63,788 nt of DNA from Thermoflexales bacterium. GTDB lineage: Bacteria; Chloroflexota; Anaerolineae; B4-G1; SLSP01. Under the pieces are notes generated by a model, which was not told where the DNA came from, did not search any database, and worked only from the letters and a program-made list of their open reading frames with translations. This document shows, piece by piece, positions 61,182 to 63,788 of the stretch. How positions within the stretch are numbered: the first letter of the stretch is position 1; each line of letters opens with the position of its first letter. Position numbers and translations under genes: made by a program. The stretch covers positions 1-63,788 of the forward strand of contig SLDA01000221.1 of the NCBI GenBank assembly GCA_007125545.1, written 5' to 3'.

Positions 61182-61571
61182 TTATCCCCTCTCGCGAGTC
61201 CTTGTATTGCAGTCATCTTCCCGCGACTCACGAATTTCCAGGATTTCCTGCACATAAACAACACGCTGATAAGAACCCAGCGGTCCATACTGGCCCTTAC
61301 GACTTGCCTCACCCCGGAAGCGAACATAGACCTGCTCATAGGGGCGTGTAACAATCGCTTCGTAACGTCGCTCCAACTCGTCGGCCGTATCTTCGAACGC
61401 CGGATTCTGCACCCACCAGGACGCACGGGTACCACACGGACGAAAGATGCGCCCGGCACGCCCTGACGTAAAGAATCCCTCCCAAGTCCCGCTCTCCAAT
61501 GAGCGTCCAATCGCTGTCAACGATACACCAATGAGCACTATGAGCGCGAGAAACGAGAGCATTACCACCAC
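61182..61571 (-). CDS. Hypothetical membrane-anchored protein
   Basis: 129-aa ORF with an N-terminal TM/signal anchor (VVMLSFLALIVLIGVSL). No family recognised. Co-oriented inside the redox cluster. Confidence 0.45.
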   Translation of the reverse strand: MVVMLSFLALIVLIGVSLTAIGRSLESGTWEGFFTSGRAGRIFRPCGTRASWWVQNPAFEDTADELERRYEAIVTRPYEQVYVRFRGEASRKGQYGPLGSYQRVVYVQEILEIRESREDDCNTRTRERG

Positions 61572-61709
61572 ACTCCTTACTTTTACATCAACAGAACGCG
61601 ATAGCTATAACTTAGCACCGCGTTTCTGAAATGTCAATTGGAGATTGGAGTAAAAGCGTGGTATTCGAAGGACACCAACCAGGTTAGGTAATCTCAACGC
61701 TCAGGCCAT

Positions 61710-62558
61710 CTACAACAGTCCCAACGCAAAAACCCAATAGAATACGAGATAGACGCCGGCGCCAATCATGAAAAACGTACCAAACCGGTGCACATAAGGA
61801 GTCAGCCGTTCCAGCCACTGCGAGACAGCACGCCGGAAGAGGGCCGTACCCACGGTTACCACCAGTATGATCGTCCCCATCCCTAGAGCATATCCCAAGA
61901 ACTGGCTGAATGCTGTTGCTGCATCACCACCAGCCAGTGCGCTCCCCACCACAACGAGGAAGATAGGCAATGTACAACTCAAGGATCCAATAGCATACAC
62001 AATACCAAAGAGAAACATATTCACCAGTGTGCGTTGAGGTGCAATGCGAACACGTCCGGCAGCCGCAATTCCTATGGTATGATGCCCAAGGAGCAGCCAG
62101 ATACCGAAACCGGCCATCGCTGCGCCGATTAACAAACCGGCAAAGGGAAAGACAGTGGCCAACCACTGTCCACCGGCAGCTACCACGGCGCCAACCATAG
62201 TGAATATCGTCGTAAATCCCGCCGTGACCACGAGGGCTACGCGGACCGCTTGCAGGAACCGCCGTAACACGTGCTTTCGCTCCGAATCATCTCCGGTACC
62301 CAGATGGTAGACGGCATAAGTGGGCAGCATCAGGATCCCACAGGGATTGACACTTGCGACCATACCGGCAGCGAATGCATAGCTGACCGGCAGCACACCA
62401 GCCAGCCGCGCCATCATTCCTTCCGCACCACCACGTAACAGAATCACGACAGCAAGCAACAACAGCACCAGTAGTGCCGGTACGCCGAAAGTCAAGAGTG
62501 CGGTCTTGCCACGATCTTGCTCGCGGTTGAGTTCAAGATTTAGACCAGCTTTATTCAC
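61710..62558 (-). CDS. CcdA/DsbD-family transmembrane thiol-disulfide electron transporter
   Basis: Polytopic protein with the two conserved membrane cysteines (SVNPCGILMLP and GSLSCTLPIF). The GTG start overlaps the anti-sigma TAG by 1 nt. Confidence 0.8.
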   Translation of the reverse strand: MNKAGLNLELNREQDRGKTALLTFGVPALLVLLLLAVVILLRGGAEGMMARLAGVLPVSYAFAAGMVASVNPCGILMLPTYAVYHLGTGDDSERKHVLRRFLQAVRVALVVTAGFTTIFTMVGAVVAAGGQWLATVFPFAGLLIGAAMAGFGIWLLLGHHTIGIAAAGRVRIAPQRTLVNMFLFGIVYAIGSLSCTLPIFLVVVGSALAGGDAATAFSQFLGYALGMGTIILVVTVGTALFRRAVSQWLERLTPYVHRFGTFFMIGAGVYLVFYWVFALGLL

Positions 62559-62806
62559 TAGACTTGCTCCGTTTGCCGGCGAATCGCCAGAAGCAACGCT
62601 TCATACTCCTCGAGACACGCCGGACAGCGCTCCAAATGCGCCTGAACCAGAGGCATCGCGCCAGCTGCGTTTTTACCTGCCAGAACCAGATCAACGAAGA
62701 GATCCAGGTGCACGAAGCACGTATCACACCCGATTTCGTCCGGTTCGGTGTTCAGGACCGACCACACCAGAGCCTGCAACTTATTGAATTCGAGACTAAT
62801 CATCAC
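62558..62806 (-). CDS. Small soluble zinc-binding anti-sigma factor (ZAS, RsrA-like)
   Basis: 82 aa with no TM helix. H-x3-C-x2-C motif (HLERCPAC) plus an upstream CDTC. Directly downstream of the ECF sigma gene. Confidence 0.65.
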   Translation of the reverse strand: MMISLEFNKLQALVWSVLNTEPDEIGCDTCFVHLDLFVDLVLAGKNAAGAMPLVQAHLERCPACLEEYEALLLAIRRQTEQV

Positions 62807-62886
62807 GCTCCCATATCCTATAAAGTTATAGACGCGCAGAACTACAGAATCTTACCAACCGGCGCCGCGATTGTTGCCGCACGGCA

Positions 62887-63531
62887 CTACTCGGGTGCAA
62901 AAGCAGCCAGCACTTCATCAACCGTTAAGCCCTCAGCCTCCAAGCTCTGCTTGAGACGCCGGCGTGCATCGTACAACAACTTGTAAAGCGCATTTCTATT
63001 CGTGCCCAACCGGCGCGCAACTTCCTCAATCGGCATGCCGCGCAAAACGATGGCGATCAGCGCCTGGCGCTGCAAGTCCGTTAGCTCCTCTTCGATCAAG
63101 TAAGCCATTACCGTACGCAGACTCTGGCGGGTGACCCGGCGCTCGGGGGAGGGCTCCGCAGAAGGCAGCCGGAGCAACGCCAACGCATCAGCCTCTTGCC
63201 GGGCAACCCAGGCCGGAGACATATCTTGTAGCGAGACATTTTCCCAGCGCTTACGCCGTAACTCGGAAAAAGCCACACGGATAGCAATCTTCTGGGCCCA
63301 AGTCATAAACTTGCTCTCACCGCGAAAGGAATCGAGGTTAGCCAGAATCTTGACCAGCGCTTCCTGCGTGAAATCCTCCAGATCCGATTCGGTCACGCTA
63401 TAGCGCTGTTTCAATGCATACCGGAGCCCTGTGAGCAGACGTTCGCGAAGGTCTTGTAGGGCGTCAGACTGCGGCGTTCCTGACAGAGTACGCAGCCATA
63501 CTTCGTTGGTACGATCTTCCCGCATCACCAT
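62887..63531 (-). CDS. ECF-type RNA polymerase sigma-70 family factor
   Basis: Region 2 (DLEDFTQEALVKIL...F....KF.TWAQKIA) and region 4 (LQRQALIAIVLRGMPIEEVARRLGTNRNALYKLLYDARRRL). Confidence 0.85.
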   Translation of the reverse strand: MVMREDRTNEVWLRTLSGTPQSDALQDLRERLLTGLRYALKQRYSVTESDLEDFTQEALVKILANLDSFRGESKFMTWAQKIAIRVAFSELRRKRWENVSLQDMSPAWVARQEADALALLRLPSAEPSPERRVTRQSLRTVMAYLIEEELTDLQRQALIAIVLRGMPIEEVARRLGTNRNALYKLLYDARRRLKQSLEAEGLTVDEVLAAFAPE

Positions 63532-63573
63532 AAATACGCTCCACGACCACTTGCCGGAGGACGCCTATAGAGG

Positions 63574-63601
63574 ATTATAGGAGTGGGGGTCGGGTTGTCA
63601 A
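63574..63601 (-). promoter_or_regulatory. Consensus sigma70-type promoter for the ECF sigma operon
   Basis: The minus strand reads TTGACA, 16-nt spacer, TATAAT. About 40 nt upstream of the ATG at 63531. Confidence 0.7.
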
Positions 63602-63640
63602 TGTAGCGTCGCAAACAGGACAATCCGGGCAAAAATGCGC

Positions 63641-63668
63641 TTGACAAAGAAAATGAGTCTGTTACAAT
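63641..63668 (+). promoter_or_regulatory. Consensus sigma70-type promoter for tRNA-Glu
   Basis: TTGACA, 16-nt spacer, TACAAT, ending 13 nt upstream of the tRNA 5' end. Confidence 0.7.
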
Positions 63669-63681
63669 ATCCAACGTAGAT

Positions 63682-63754
63682 GGCCCCATCGTCTAGTGGC
63701 CTAGGACGCTGGCCTCTCAAGCCGGAAACGGGGATTCGACTTCCCCTGGGGCCA
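63682..63754 (+). tRNA. tRNA-Glu (anticodon CUC)
   Basis: Manual fold: acceptor GGCCCCA/TGGGGCC, D-stem GTCT/GGAC, anticodon stem CTGGC/GCCGG with loop CTCTCAA, T-arm GGGGA-TTCGACT-TCCCC. CCA is not encoded. Confidence 0.9.
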
Positions 63755-63788
63755 CCTCGCAACAACGAAAGAGCCGCTCTCACTGAGA

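Noticed and set aside
1-63788. CRISPR arrays, insertion sequences, prophage, toxin-antitoxin or restriction-modification genes
   Set aside because: I scanned the intergenic regions and the ORF list. There is no array of short direct repeats with spacers, and no cas, transposase, integrase, methyltransferase or recognisable toxin families. The only repeats seen are the 28-nt box (two copies), hairpin terminators and the tandem gene paralogs.

Overview
A GC-rich, gene-dense chromosomal segment of 63.8 kb with about 60 protein-coding genes and two tRNAs (Leu-CAA on the minus strand, Glu-CUC on the plus strand). I saw no rRNA, CRISPR array, transposase, integrase or prophage genes. All family calls come from motifs I recognise in the supplied translations; no database search was possible. 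Pro/Thr-rich linkers after lipoprotein signals, a prokaryotic serpin, an aconitase-X pair and an FTR-rubredoxin fusion suggest a Chloroflexota-like thermophile, but this is inference only. Housekeeping content includes thpR, thiI, scpB, coaE, pcm, an ABC-F protein, PFOR (nifJ-type) and a serC-like/serA/DUF1015/HAD operon. The most interesting regions are: (1) a tight four-gene operon of a NurA-less HerA-like ATPase, a dual-specificity phosphatase, a membrane-anchored two-HKD PLD protein and a PDZ membrane protein (42.6-47.0 kb); (2) a co-oriented thiol-redox cluster at 59.7-63.5 kb (ECF sigma, small soluble ZAS anti-sigma, CcdA, two small membrane proteins, glutaredoxin-like protein, FTR-catalytic-subunit::rubredoxin fusion); (3) a 28-nt box present twice, upstream of an ABC-2 exporter operon and upstream of a kinase-like gene that follows a tandem-HTH MerR regulator; (4) a split aconitase-X pair plus a short UbiD-family decarboxylase, possibly archaeal-type mevalonate enzymes; (5) a 12.5-kb single-strand glycan cluster with a complete five-enzyme set for UDP-2,3-diacetamido-2,3-dideoxy-mannuronic acid and two AT-richer tandem paralogs. 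Several near-consensus sigma70-type promoters, hairpin terminators and one perfect 24-bp palindrome are visible. Many long ORFs in the six-frame track are antisense shadow ORFs typical of GC-rich DNA and were rejected.
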